In this document: positions 1-9,980 of the stretch, piece after piece
Layout: each line of letters opens with the position of its first letter
How positions within the stretch are numbered: position 1 is the first letter of the stretch
Notes under the pieces: generated by a model
The model's database searches: none
What the model was told of the DNA's origin: nothing
Seen by the model: only the letters and a program-made list of their open reading frames with translations
DNA from: Prochlorococcus sp. AG-409-B05
GTDB taxonomy: Bacteria > Cyanobacteriota > Cyanobacteriia > PCC-6307 > Cyanobiaceae
Direction: 5' to 3'
Length of the DNA stretch: 64,000 bases
NCBI GenBank assembly: GCA_003216075.1
Contig: QCJK01000004.1
Coordinates: forward strand, 63,837-127,836
Position numbers and translations under genes: made by a program

Positions 1-1
1 A

Positions 2-955
2 ATAAAGCACGGCCAGTTTGATTGGAAACATTGGAGAGCAACTGAAAAGGTTAAAACAAATAAGCCTGATAATATAATTCAATCAATAAAAAGCTTTGAG
101 TCCAATTTCTTTTTAGATCCAATTCGCAATAAATCTCAAGCAGGGATGAAAACTACATGGCAATACGCATACTTACCTTATTTAAGAAGGCTCATAAAAA
201 TAGCCAACAAAAAAGACCAGACTCTAAATATTGAACTACTGCTCGAAACTCTAAAAAGTTATTCAGAGAATAGTCGAAGTCGTAAGCAATGTGGTACTGC
301 ACTTGGAGCCTTTGCTCGCCATCTAGAGCTTCAATTACCCGAAGATTGGGGTGCTCAAGCGAGTGGTTATGGCCTAAGTCAAACCCGCTTTCGAGCCCTT
401 CCAAGTGACAGTTTAATCAAAGAAATTTGGAGAATGATTCCAAACCCAAGCTGGAAATTAGCCTATGCATTGATGGCTACATATGGACTAAGAAATCATG
501 AGATCTTCTTCTGTGATCTTTCTTGCCTAGCAAAGGATGGTGACAAGATTTTACGAGTTCTACCCACTACTAAAACAGGAGAGCATCAAGTCTGGCCATT
601 TCATCCTGAATGGGTCAAAGATTTTGAATTAGAAAAACTCGCCAACGGTAGTAATGTCCTACCAAAAGTAAATACAAGCCTAAAACAAACAACCCTTCAA
701 AAAGTTGGAAGACGAGTTGCAGAACAATTTCGCCGCTATAAACTTCCCCTTACTCCCTATGACTTACGACATGCATGGGCTGTTCGTACAATCCATATTG
801 GAATACCAGACACAGTTGCCGCAAGGATGATGGGCCATTCAGTAACGATACATACAAGCACCTATCATCATTGGATAACTCGCAGAGATCAACAACAAGC
901 AGTTGATGCTGCTTTGTCAAAGAACGTTACTCAATCAATTATTACTAAAATTTAG
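2..955 (+). CDS. Tyrosine (phage-integrase family) site-specific recombinase, 5' end probably cut by the window edge
   Basis: The frame is open from nt 2, with no stop in the 48 codons before the first ATG at 146. C-terminal catalytic boxes are visible: YGLRNHEIF (Arg I), DLRHAWAVR (Arg II box), MGHSVTIHTSTYHH (His/Tyr nucleophile). Confidence 0.8.
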   Translation: MKHGQFDWKHWRATEKVKTNKPDNIIQSIKSFESNFFLDPIRNKSQAGMKTTWQYAYLPYLRRLIKIANKKDQTLNIELLLETLKSYSENSRSRKQCGTALGAFARHLELQLPEDWGAQASGYGLSQTRFRALPSDSLIKEIWRMIPNPSWKLAYALMATYGLRNHEIFFCDLSCLAKDGDKILRVLPTTKTGEHQVWPFHPEWVKDFELEKLANGSNVLPKVNTSLKQTTLQKVGRRVAEQFRRYKLPLTPYDLRHAWAVRTIHIGIPDTVAARMMGHSVTIHTSTYHHWITRRDQQQAVDAALSKNVTQSIITKI

Positions 956-995
956 ATTTTCCGATTAAAACCTATTTGATCTTTATAAAAAATCA

Positions 996-1679
996 ATGCA
1001 GTCCTCCAACATAATAAATTCTAAAGATCTAGATAGAACAGCTAAGGAACTTGGGATTGGAGGAAATACATCCCCGGAAAAAGATGAAATAAGTTATGAA
1101 AAAAGAATGAAGAGACGCAAGGAGGTACAGGAAAAAAGATTAAAAGAAAAAAACAAAGAAAAAGAACTAATTATTGTATTTACTGGTTCCGGGAAAGGGA
1201 AAACAACTGCAGCACTTGGAATGGCATTACGTACACTTGGGCATGGAGAAAGTGTGGCAATAATTCAATTCATAAAAGGTGGTTGGGAGCCTGGCGAAGC
1301 CAAGGCACTAAAAATATTTGGAGAAGCTTTAAAATGGCATGCTCTTGGTGAAGGGTTTACATGGGAAACTCAAAATAGAAAACGGGATAAAGAACTAGTA
1401 GAAAAAGCTTGGGAAGTATCACTTGATTATTTAAAAAGTAAAAGATATAAACTTGTCATTTTGGATGAAATAAACATTGCCATAACCCTTGGATATATAT
1501 CCCTCGATAAAGTTCTCTCGGGAATTTCAAAAAGACCTCCACTCACACATGTCGTGCTAACAGGTCGAGGCGCACAAAAAGGTCTGATTGATAAAGCTGA
1601 TTTAGTTACTGAAATGCATTTGATCCATCATCCCTTCAAAGAACAAGGAATAAAAGCCCAAAGAGGAATTGAGTTCTAG
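996..1679 (+). CDS. cobO: Cob(I)yrinic acid a,c-diamide adenosyltransferase (CobO/BtuR type) with a K/E-rich N-terminal extension
   Basis: P-loop FTGSGKGKTTAALGMALR, IQFIKGGW, LDEINIAI and C-terminal HPFKEQGIKAQRGIEF are typical of CobO/BtuR. Confidence 0.85.
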   Translation: MQSSNIINSKDLDRTAKELGIGGNTSPEKDEISYEKRMKRRKEVQEKRLKEKNKEKELIIVFTGSGKGKTTAALGMALRTLGHGESVAIIQFIKGGWEPGEAKALKIFGEALKWHALGEGFTWETQNRKRDKELVEKAWEVSLDYLKSKRYKLVILDEINIAITLGYISLDKVLSGISKRPPLTHVVLTGRGAQKGLIDKADLVTEMHLIHHPFKEQGIKAQRGIEF

Positions 1680-1961
1680 AATCCTCTCCTAAATCTAAAT
1701 TCTTCCTAAAGAACCCTCTGATGGTTGCTTTGTCTCAGAATGAGATCAAATTGATGATGATTTCTAGAGATCGAACAAGAAAATCAGTCTATAACTACAA
1801 TTTTGAATTATCTCATTTCAGGTTTCTCAATGAAACCTCAATATTCACGAAGTTCTTCACCCGTATAACAATGGGATTTATTGCTGGGTTAAAATATTCA
1901 ACTACAAGTTGACTAAAAAATTCAGTAAAACTTGCTACTGTCATAAAGTTATTAATTATGA

Positions 1962-2675
1962 ATGGCCTACGCGAGAGTCCTTCTAAAAATTAGTGGTGAA
2001 GCACTGATGGGAGAAAAGCCTTACGGCATTGATCCCGCCATTGTTCAATCCATTGCTAAAGACGTATCCACAGTTGTTACGCAAGGTACTCAGCTTGCAA
2101 TTGTTGTTGGTGGAGGCAACATCTTTAGGGGGCTTAAAGGGTCATCAGAGGGGATGGATAGAGCTACTGCAGATTACGTAGGCATGTTGGCCACAGTTAT
2201 GAACGCAATCACCCTTCAGGATGGTTTAGAACGAGCTGGAGTTCCAACAAGAGTTCAAACCGCAATTGAGATGAAAGAGGTCGCCGAACCATATATTCGA
2301 AGGCGAGCAATTCGACATCTAGAAAAAGGAAGAGTCGTTGTTTTTGGAGGTGGATGTGGCAATCCTTTTTTCACAACAGACACAACAGCTGCTTTAAGAG
2401 CGGCAGAGATCAATGCAAATGTTGTTTTTAAAGCCACCAAAGTTGATGGAGTTTATAACAAAGACCCTAAGAGATTTACTGATGCAGTTCGTTACGACAA
2501 ACTCACCTTTCAGGAAGTACTCAGCAAAGAAATTGCTGTGATGGATAGCACGGCAATTGCCCTATGCAAAGACAACAACATCCCAATAGTGGTTTTCAAT
2601 CTCTTTGAATCGGGCAATATCAGCAAAGCCGTACAAGGAGAACCAATTGGCTCTCGCATCGGCGACCCAAATTAA
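1962..2675 (+). CDS. pyrH: UMP kinase
   Basis: [11 protein letters not shown]..., [22 protein letters not shown] motifs. It sits upstream of frr, as in most bacteria. Confidence 0.95.
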   Translation: MAYARVLLKISGEALMGEKPYGIDPAIVQSIAKDVSTVVTQGTQLAIVVGGGNIFRGLKGSSEGMDRATADYVGMLATVMNAITLQDGLERAGVPTRVQTAIEMKEVAEPYIRRRAIRHLEKGRVVVFGGGCGNPFFTTDTTAALRAAEINANVVFKATKVDGVYNKDPKRFTDAVRYDKLTFQEVLSKEIAVMDSTAIALCKDNNIPIVVFNLFESGNISKAVQGEPIGSRIGDPN

Positions 2676-2722
2676 TTCGCTTCATCTCCTTATTTTATCT
2701 CCTTCTTCCTCATCTGAAACTT

Positions 2723-3271
2723 ATGTCGAACCAGGAACTTGAATCAAGCATGCGCAAATCGTTAGAGGCTGCACAACGCACCTTTAACACAATTCGAACT
2801 GGTCGTGCTAACCCTTCTTTACTAGATCGTTTAACGGTTGAGTACTACGGAGCTGAAACCCCTCTGAAGTCATTGGCAACAATTTCAACTCCTGATTCTC
2901 AAACAATTGCAATTCAACCATTTGACATCAGTTCACTTGCACTTATAGAAAAAGCTATTGGGACAAGTGATCTAGGTTTTACTCCAAACAATGATGGCAA
3001 AATCATACGAATTAATGTTCCACCGTTAACCGAGGAACGTCGCAAAGAATTCTGCAAACTAGCCTCCAAATATGCTGAAGAAGGAAAAGTTGCTTTGCGT
3101 AATATTCGTCGTGATGCAATTGAAAAAATAAAGAAATTAGAGAAAGAAGGAGAAATATCTGAAGATCAAAGTCATGATCAACAAGATAATGTGCAGAAAT
3201 TAACAGATAAGTTTATATCTGAACTAGAGAAACAATTATCAGAAAAAGAAGCCGATATACTCAAGGTTTGA
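2723..3271 (+). CDS. frr: Ribosome recycling factor
   Basis: 182 aa with [28 protein letters not shown] motifs. Confidence 0.95.
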   Translation: MSNQELESSMRKSLEAAQRTFNTIRTGRANPSLLDRLTVEYYGAETPLKSLATISTPDSQTIAIQPFDISSLALIEKAIGTSDLGFTPNNDGKIIRINVPPLTEERRKEFCKLASKYAEEGKVALRNIRRDAIEKIKKLEKEGEISEDQSHDQQDNVQKLTDKFISELEKQLSEKEADILKV

Positions 3272-4401
3272 GCTCAAATGATGTTCTTATTATTGGAGCA
3301 GGTGCAGCTGGATGCACGGCAGCTTTTCATCTGGCAAAAGCCGGCCATCAAGTAATTCTTCTAGAGCAAAAAGAGACTAAAAATATGATTAAACCTTGCG
3401 GAGGTGGCATGGCCGCCTCTGTCCAAAGATGGTTCCCATTTGAATTAAACCAAGCTGTTGATGAAGTTATTAGCAAAGTCAACTTTACTTGGTGCCTAAA
3501 AGATCAAGTCATAGCCGAACTACCAGGTTCATCACCATTCTGGATAGTTCGAAGAGAAATTTTAGATGAATTAATTCTCAGCGAAGCAATAAATGCAGGT
3601 GCTCAAATCTTAAAACCCTTTCTTGTAAAGAGTCTTCAAAGAAAAGGAAAAACCTGGCAAGTAACTTCAATGGGAGGTCAACAAATTGAAAGTAAAGCTA
3701 TTGTCATAGCAAATGGCTCTGGTTCACATTGGCCAAAAGTACTCGGGCTAGGGCCTAAAATTCAACATCATGCAACCACAACTTCGGTTCGTCTTGAAGG
3801 ACGTGGGCTCTTAAAAGAAGGAACTGCAAGATTCGAATTTGGACTAGTTCACCATGGTTTCGCATGGGCATTTCCAATCGCAGGAGGAGTAAATATAGGA
3901 GTAGGTACATTTATAGGTAGGAATTCAAATAACAGTGAAAAAGTCCTTGAGAAATTATTACCCAACCTTGGGTTTGAATCAAACGCAGGTAAAAGACAAA
4001 ACTCTCAATTAAGAGTTTGGAATGGCCATCATTCTTTACATGCAGAAGGAATAATTGCGATAGGAGACGCTGCATCTCTCTGCGACCCTTTTTTAGCAGA
4101 AGGATTACGTCCGGCCATAATGAGTGCTTACGAAGGCGCGCTTGCTCTAGATAATTGGTTAAAAGACGACTGTGAAGATTTAAGTAATTACAGTGCAGTG
4201 ATGAAAATCAAATGGGGTAATTCTATGGCTTGGGGAAAACGAATAGCACAGGTCTTTTATAGATTTCCAAAAGTTGGGTATCAACTAGGGATTAAACGCC
4301 CTACTGCACCTCAAAGAATTGCTCAAATACTCTCAGGAGAAATGGGATATGAAGACATTGCGCAAAGAGTTATCAAAAGACTACTTTTTCAAAGAAACTA
4401 A
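3268..4401 (+). CDS. FAD-dependent oxidoreductase, geranylgeranyl-reductase family
   Basis: N-terminal dinucleotide fold [28 protein letters not shown] and a later GDAA motif ([17 protein letters not shown]). TTG start overlaps the frr stop by 4 nt. Confidence 0.7.
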   Translation: MSSNDVLIIGAGAAGCTAAFHLAKAGHQVILLEQKETKNMIKPCGGGMAASVQRWFPFELNQAVDEVISKVNFTWCLKDQVIAELPGSSPFWIVRREILDELILSEAINAGAQILKPFLVKSLQRKGKTWQVTSMGGQQIESKAIVIANGSGSHWPKVLGLGPKIQHHATTTSVRLEGRGLLKEGTARFEFGLVHHGFAWAFPIAGGVNIGVGTFIGRNSNNSEKVLEKLLPNLGFESNAGKRQNSQLRVWNGHHSLHAEGIIAIGDAASLCDPFLAEGLRPAIMSAYEGALALDNWLKDDCEDLSNYSAVMKIKWGNSMAWGKRIAQVFYRFPKVGYQLGIKRPTAPQRIAQILSGEMGYEDIAQRVIKRLLFQRN

Positions 4402-4477
4402 ATAAATTAATAAAAAAGTCCAAATACTTTTAAAAAGGTGTTTTCATACAAGAATCTACTAATAAAGGGTTATTTCT

Positions 4478-4699
4478 ATGAAACATGAAAAGGCATGGGT
4501 GTGGTTTAAAGGAGGAATAAAAGGTGGCTCATGGGTTGAAGGTTTTTTGGCTAGTTCATGTGATGAAGGTGGTGTGATAATCGAGCGTTCGGATTTTGTT
4601 ACCTGCAGAGTTCCAGAATGGCGGGTAAGTTTCCAAGAAATAAAAGACAAGAAAATCCCTCCTGAGATCCCTAATGATTGTATTTGGAAATACATATAA
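4478..4699 (+). CDS. Hypothetical small protein (73 aa)
   Basis: ORF only. An antisense ORF of similar length (4459..4695) also exists, so the strand is uncertain. No recognisable motif. Confidence 0.3.
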   Translation: MKHEKAWVWFKGGIKGGSWVEGFLASSCDEGGVIIERSDFVTCRVPEWRVSFQEIKDKKIPPEIPNDCIWKYI

Positions 4700-4870
4700 G
4701 CTTTGTAGCCAATACATTCAATTCAAGAAATCGGACAATATTTTCTAGGCCAAAAGAAGTCTCATAAATATAATGTTGAAATTTAAAAGAATATCTGTAA
4801 ATTATTTATTAATTTCTAATCTCCTTCCCCTAACAAAATAACTACAAAGAATACTCAATTATAAAATAAT

Positions 4871-6046
4871 CTAAACACTAGTCATTGCAAGTGCTGCTCC
4901 TAAGCCTGATCTAACATCAGCTTGCAATAAACGTCCATCATGGTCATGATCAAGAGCATCAAATACAGCATCACTTCCTAACCATTCTTCTCTTGTAATA
5001 CATCCATCGCCATCAAGATCATTGAGCATAAAAATTTCATTCACAACATGACTAAAAGCCGCACCCCCCTCAAGAACAGCAAGACGATGCGCTAATTGAG
5101 CCTCCAGGGTTTCAATTGCTTTACTAAAACCTCTAATTCCTTCATCCAACTTCTCCTTAGCCATCCGATCAGCATTCATCATTAATTCAAAGCAATTTTT
5201 ATCTACATGTATTTGCTCTTCATCGTTAGAAGGATTAAGGCCATCTAACTTTCGAACTAATGTGCCTTGAGTCTTTCGTAGCTGGTCTAATAATTTAGGA
5301 GAAATAGTCAACAAATCGCAACCTGCTAACTCTATTATCTCATCAATATTTCTAAAACTTGCGCCCATAATCTCAGTCTTATAATCAAAAGCCTTGAAAT
5401 AATTGAATATCTTAGTCACTGAAATAACTCCTGGGTCTTCTTTCCCAGGGTAATTATCACGTCCAGTTTCAGCCTTGTACCAATCAAGAATACGACCTAC
5501 GAAAGGAGAAATAAGAGTCACTCCTGCTTCTGCACAAGCCACGGCTTGCCCAAAACCAAATAAAAGTGTGAGATTACAATGAATGCCTTCTTTTTCAAGA
5601 ACTTCTGCAGCCTTTATACCTTCCCAAGTAGATGCAATCTTGATCAACACTCTGTCTTTCTTCACACCCAGTTCTTCGTAAAAATCAATAAGTTTTCTTG
5701 CCTTGTCAATAGTAGCTTCCTTATCAAAACTCAATCGGGCATCAACCTCCGTTGAGACTCGACCAGGAACAATCTTTAAAATCTCCTTACCAAAAATCAC
5801 ACAAATCTCATCCAAAGCCTCAGAAACAACTTCCTCAACTGCAACATCAGCTCCAATTCTTTGTCGAGAAGATTTCAAGGCCTCATCAATCAAATTCTGA
5901 TAAGTAGGAATTTGAGCAGCAGCCAAAATCAAAGAAGGATTAGTAGTGGCATCACGAGGAGTAAAGGTACGAATAGCTTCCAATTCACCAGTATCAGCGA
6001 CAACAACGGTCATTGAGGAAAGTTGCTCTAAAAGAGTGGCCATCAA
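4871..6046 (-). CDS. tal: Transaldolase with a C-terminal tandem EF-hand extension
   Basis: The transaldolase core shows [37 protein letters not shown]. The C-terminal roughly 50 aa carries two canonical 12-residue Ca-binding loops, [12 protein letters not shown] and [12 protein letters not shown]. Confidence 0.9.
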   Translation of the reverse strand: MMATLLEQLSSMTVVVADTGELEAIRTFTPRDATTNPSLILAAAQIPTYQNLIDEALKSSRQRIGADVAVEEVVSEALDEICVIFGKEILKIVPGRVSTEVDARLSFDKEATIDKARKLIDFYEELGVKKDRVLIKIASTWEGIKAAEVLEKEGIHCNLTLLFGFGQAVACAEAGVTLISPFVGRILDWYKAETGRDNYPGKEDPGVISVTKIFNYFKAFDYKTEIMGASFRNIDEIIELAGCDLLTISPKLLDQLRKTQGTLVRKLDGLNPSNDEEQIHVDKNCFELMMNADRMAKEKLDEGIRGFSKAIETLEAQLAHRLAVLEGGAAFSHVVNEIFMLNDLDGDGCITREEWLGSDAVFDALDHDHDGRLLQADVRSGLGAALAMTSV

Positions 6047-6147
6047 GAAGAACGTCTCGTATTAGCTAATAACGTAGCTAGCTTTTTCTAGATGACATCC
6101 CTTAATTCATTCTGATAGTTAAATCTTTTCTCTCTCTTAGACTTGAA

Positions 6148-7953
6148 TTATCCTTTAGCAGGCTGCAATTTCGGGCTATTGCTATTTGGCGGAATCTTTT
6201 GCAAAACTAGTAATCCATCAATAATTTGCTTGGCTACTGGAACTGCCACCGTTGAACCATAAGCGTTTTTGCCCTGCGGCTCATCAATAACAACTAAAAC
6301 AGCATAACGAGGATTGTCGGCTGGCAAATTAGCAACAAAACTGCAGATCTTTGCTCCTGGCTTATATCCCCCATCAGATGCTTTCTGAGCCGTACCGGTT
6401 TTACCCCCAATGCGATATCCCAAAGTCCTAACTCCTTTTCCACTTCCAACTTCCACCACCGACTCCATCCAAGAAAGCACAGTTTTTGTTACTTCTGGAC
6501 GAAACATCTTAAAGCGGCTGTTCTTAGAAGGAGTTGGCAAAACTTTTCCCGCATGTAAACCCCTAGTTATATGAGGATTAACAAGATGACCACCATTAGC
6601 AATCAAAGCATGAAGTTGGAGTAATTTTAGAGGTGTCAAAGAAAATCCCTGCCCATAAGACGCAGTGGCCTGTTCAATAGGCTGAGAAACAAAATTTTCT
6701 TTAGATTTCAACTGGCCAGCGACTGCCCCGGGAAGATCAGTATCAGGTCTTTCATCTACTCCAAGCCTACGAAGCCAATCCCAATGATGAGATGGATTCA
6801 ATTTACGCATTATTTTTACCATACCTACGTTGCTAGAGACTTGAAGGACTCGTGCAAAATCAATAACACCATTCGCCATTCGATCATGATTGAAAATCGA
6901 CCACCCACCAACAGTGAGGGTTCCTGTGTCATCAACAACACCTTCTGGATTTATAACTCCCTCTTCTAAAGCAAAAGCAAGATTAATCGGCTTAAATGTT
7001 GAACCTGGCTCAAAAAGATCTTGCACAGACCATTCCCGAAACAAGCCAGGAGAAAAGTCCCAATATCTATTGGGGTCATATGTAGGAGTAGATGCCAAAA
7101 CTAAAAGCTCACCATTAGTGACATCCATTACAATCGCAACACCCTTATCCGCTTTCCATTTAGTTACTTGTTGAGCTAAAGCCTTTAACGCCAACTCCTG
7201 AAGACGAGCATCAAGCGTCAAATGTAATCGCAAGTCATCACCAACAAAAACCCCTGGTGCAAGATCGTCAGGAAGAGGAGTTCCATCAGCACCACTCCTA
7301 AAGGTACGAGCCTTTTCAATCTGCAATAACTTTTCATTCAAGCTCTGTTCCAAGCCAGCTTGAGGAATACGATCCTGATTCAAAAAACCGACAACATTTG
7401 CGAAGAGAGGACCCTGTGGATATACCCTTTGTGGATATGGCTCAAGATCTAACCCACTAATTCCTAAATTTCTTATTTTATTTGCTACCTCAGGATCAAT
7501 ACCTTCAGCTAATTTTACTCCAGAACGTTGACTACCTAAACGGTTTACTAACTCAGTAATTGGTATAGAAAGTGGACCAGTCAATCTGCTTGCAACCTCA
7601 TAAGGATAACGAATCAAAGTTGAGTCATCTCCTGGAAAATTAAAATATCTAGGATGTGCCCATAATCGAAAACGTTCTTCATCAAGTGCTACCAATCTAC
7701 CCATACGGTCTACGATTGAACGTCGTCTACCTAAGGGTTGTGTCTTCTTGGTTTGCAATGCGCGAGCACGTGACTCCAAGTCAGGAGACTGAAGAACCTG
7801 CAACCAGGCCATTCTTCCAATCAATCCAAAAATGCCAGCACACAAAATAGTAAAAACTAACCTCATCCTAAAAGGAGGAATTTTTTTTGGGGACACATTA
7901 CGCCTACCCTTTCGTATCGGACGATGTTTATTTCGCCTACTAATTACAGGCAT
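6148..7953 (-). CDS. ftsI: Penicillin-binding protein, class B transpeptidase (FtsI/PBP3-like)
   Basis: N-terminal TM helix, then the transpeptidase motifs STFKP (in EPGSTFKPINL), SSN (VSSNVG) and KTGTA (GGKTGTAQK). Confidence 0.9.
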   Translation of the reverse strand: MPVISRRNKHRPIRKGRRNVSPKKIPPFRMRLVFTILCAGIFGLIGRMAWLQVLQSPDLESRARALQTKKTQPLGRRRSIVDRMGRLVALDEERFRLWAHPRYFNFPGDDSTLIRYPYEVASRLTGPLSIPITELVNRLGSQRSGVKLAEGIDPEVANKIRNLGISGLDLEPYPQRVYPQGPLFANVVGFLNQDRIPQAGLEQSLNEKLLQIEKARTFRSGADGTPLPDDLAPGVFVGDDLRLHLTLDARLQELALKALAQQVTKWKADKGVAIVMDVTNGELLVLASTPTYDPNRYWDFSPGLFREWSVQDLFEPGSTFKPINLAFALEEGVINPEGVVDDTGTLTVGGWSIFNHDRMANGVIDFARVLQVSSNVGMVKIMRKLNPSHHWDWLRRLGVDERPDTDLPGAVAGQLKSKENFVSQPIEQATASYGQGFSLTPLKLLQLHALIANGGHLVNPHITRGLHAGKVLPTPSKNSRFKMFRPEVTKTVLSWMESVVEVGSGKGVRTLGYRIGGKTGTAQKASDGGYKPGAKICSFVANLPADNPRYAVLVVIDEPQGKNAYGSTVAVPVAKQIIDGLLVLQKIPPNSNSPKLQPAKG

Positions 7954-8426
7954 TAATAACCATGACTAACAGGTTTGTAGATAATGGAATTCAGAACAGT
8001 TGATTTGCTGTAGCCAGGTTGTTTTTGATGACCATTGATATATGGATTCTCAAGATAAATAAGATTCGCTGCCTTGGTAGGGACCATAGATTTCGGCAGA
8101 CTAGTACTCTGTAATAAATGTCTCTCTAACATTGCAGTGGACTCTGTAAGTCGATGAGCTAAATCACGAGTCCTTTCTAGTCTAGTAAAAGCAACAGTCC
8201 AAAGGTGCTGCCAATGCAATGCAAATGTGGACATTAATGCAACAGTCAAAATCACGCCTGTTAGTGCCCCATCAGTAACTCTATGCATCCCTGCGAGGAC
8301 AGGAGATTGGCGCGAAGCCTTTTTCGACGAGAAAGAGCCATGAATAAATTTGAGAGGACTGACTGCTCGCGAATTCAAAAGAACACGTTCAGAAAATTGA
8401 GTGTGGTGTTGATTAACAATGGTCAC
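7953..8426 (-). CDS. Hypothetical single-pass membrane protein, FtsL-like by position and topology
   Basis: One TM helix (ALTGVILTVALMSTFAL) followed by a helical segment. Its stop overlaps the ftsI ATG (TAATG, 1 nt shared), implying coupling. The FtsL-like call is inference from synteny and topology only. Confidence 0.5.
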   Translation of the reverse strand: MTIVNQHHTQFSERVLLNSRAVSPLKFIHGSFSSKKASRQSPVLAGMHRVTDGALTGVILTVALMSTFALHWQHLWTVAFTRLERTRDLAHRLTESTAMLERHLLQSTSLPKSMVPTKAANLIYLENPYINGHQKQPGYSKSTVLNSIIYKPVSHGY

Positions 8427-8513
8427 TCAAACACACCACTTATTTAATTAGTGAAACACCCTCCAAAGAGCCTTGCAAGAGAAAGATAGAGTCAAATTTG
8501 ATTTTTGTGTTTA

Positions 8514-9887
8514 TCACCCAATCAAAATAAGGCTGGTAAAAGTTACCCCATTCCAAAGTGAGTGCATAAGCACACATGGAAAAAGTCGACCTGAACTAAG
8601 CCGCAAAAACCCAAGACCAATACCCAAAACTAATAAAGGAGGTAATTCCCCAACACTTAAATGTGCCAGAGCAAAAACTATTGCACTGACTATTACTCCC
8701 CAAGCTGAACCAAGTTCTTTCGCAACCACAGGAAGAAGAACTCCTCTAAAAACAAGCTCTTCAAAAAGAGGAGCAAGAACTACTGTCGTTAAAACCAACA
8801 AAATCAATGCCAATGGATCACGACTTCCAAGTACTAATTCCAGGAGAGGATTACTCCCACCTTGATCCCCAACAAGCAAATTCATTAACCAAGCAATAAA
8901 TAAAACTAGCGGCAAAACCATTAGCCATCCACGAACAGCACTAAGAAAGGCCTGCCCAATAGGAAAAAAACGCCATTGAAGCCATCCGTTAGACGGTCTA
9001 TCTAAATGCCTTATGCCATGAAGTTGTTGACGCAAAATAAATAATGTTGGAATAGTCATAGATATATAGCCAATCAAGACTTTCAAAGAATCACTCAATG
9101 GACTTGTTAGACTTTTTGTCAAGGCAGAACTGATTGGCACAACCAATATTGGGGATATAACTTCACCTAATACGACAAAACCACCAGAGACCAAAAGTAC
9201 CATGTCGGTAAGTGTTAATGGCAAGGACAGAACAGGAGTCCATGCAGCAGTTTTGTTCTTTACGAACATCCAGAGATATCTAATCAACAAACAAATCCCT
9301 AAAAGTGTTGCTGCAAAAGGCAAAATTTGACTTGTTGCAAGCCTAATAGCACTACTTTTTGCGACATTGGTATCAACGCAAATATCAATATCGCCACCTA
9401 TAGCGAGGCAAACTGTTTGAAATAGCAAAGGATCCTTTTCAAAATTTTCAGACCCTTTAAGGTTTTCTAATAAAACATCCTCTTGTGGACCAGAACTATT
9501 CAAAAGTAGATTTCGGACTTGCAAAAAGTCCTTTTCTTCAAAAGGAGTTTTCAATATGTCCTTTCGTCGAGAGACTGAGTCTTCAAGAGAAGCGAGAAGA
9601 ATTTTTTCTCGCTTATTCATTTCCTCTAAAGGGATTTCTTTTAGTGCCTGCTGAAAAGCCAATTCAGGCTCTAGTCCAAGCAAAACAGGTTTGAACGGCT
9701 CAGGTATTTCAGTCTGTGCTAATAGAGCCATCTCACGCTGCTGAAGTGACAACTTCGGAGCAACAGAAGGTCTATCAAAGCTACCTTCCAATCCTTGTGT
9801 CCAAACAAGAACTGTAAGCAGCACCGAAAATCCTGCCAAAACCACTTTCCATAAAGGAGTGGGCTGTTGCGTAGATGACTTACTCAA
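8514..9887 (-). CDS. CPBP-family (CAAX/Abi) intramembrane metalloprotease with a long N-terminal domain
   Basis: C-terminal motifs APLFEELVFRG, FALAHL and HSLWN within a polytopic membrane region. Confidence 0.8.
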   Translation of the reverse strand: MSKSSTQQPTPLWKVVLAGFSVLLTVLVWTQGLEGSFDRPSVAPKLSLQQREMALLAQTEIPEPFKPVLLGLEPELAFQQALKEIPLEEMNKREKILLASLEDSVSRRKDILKTPFEEKDFLQVRNLLLNSSGPQEDVLLENLKGSENFEKDPLLFQTVCLAIGGDIDICVDTNVAKSSAIRLATSQILPFAATLLGICLLIRYLWMFVKNKTAAWTPVLSLPLTLTDMVLLVSGGFVVLGEVISPILVVPISSALTKSLTSPLSDSLKVLIGYISMTIPTLFILRQQLHGIRHLDRPSNGWLQWRFFPIGQAFLSAVRGWLMVLPLVLFIAWLMNLLVGDQGGSNPLLELVLGSRDPLALILLVLTTVVLAPLFEELVFRGVLLPVVAKELGSAWGVIVSAIVFALAHLSVGELPPLLVLGIGLGFLRLSSGRLFPCVLMHSLWNGVTFTSLILIG

Positions 9888-9980
9888 GACGGATTCATCA
9901 GCAGATACAAATTCTCCCTTTCAAATAAAGGTTACGTCGGCAGCTTGCCCATACGATGGCTATTCCATAACTCTGTATAA

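Noticed and set aside
1721-1912. 63-aa ORF in the cobO-pyrH spacer.
   Set aside because: The composition is AT-driven (Phe/Asn/Ile/Lys/Ser-rich) with no motif. It is probably spurious.
8473-8865. 130-aa plus-strand ORF. The same applies to other long antisense ORFs at 11751-12212, 23896-24324, 37799-38143, 47374-47739, 48425-48781 and 53956-54288.
   Set aside because: Each lies wholly inside a confidently identified gene on the opposite strand and gives biased, motif-free translations. These are shadow ORFs.
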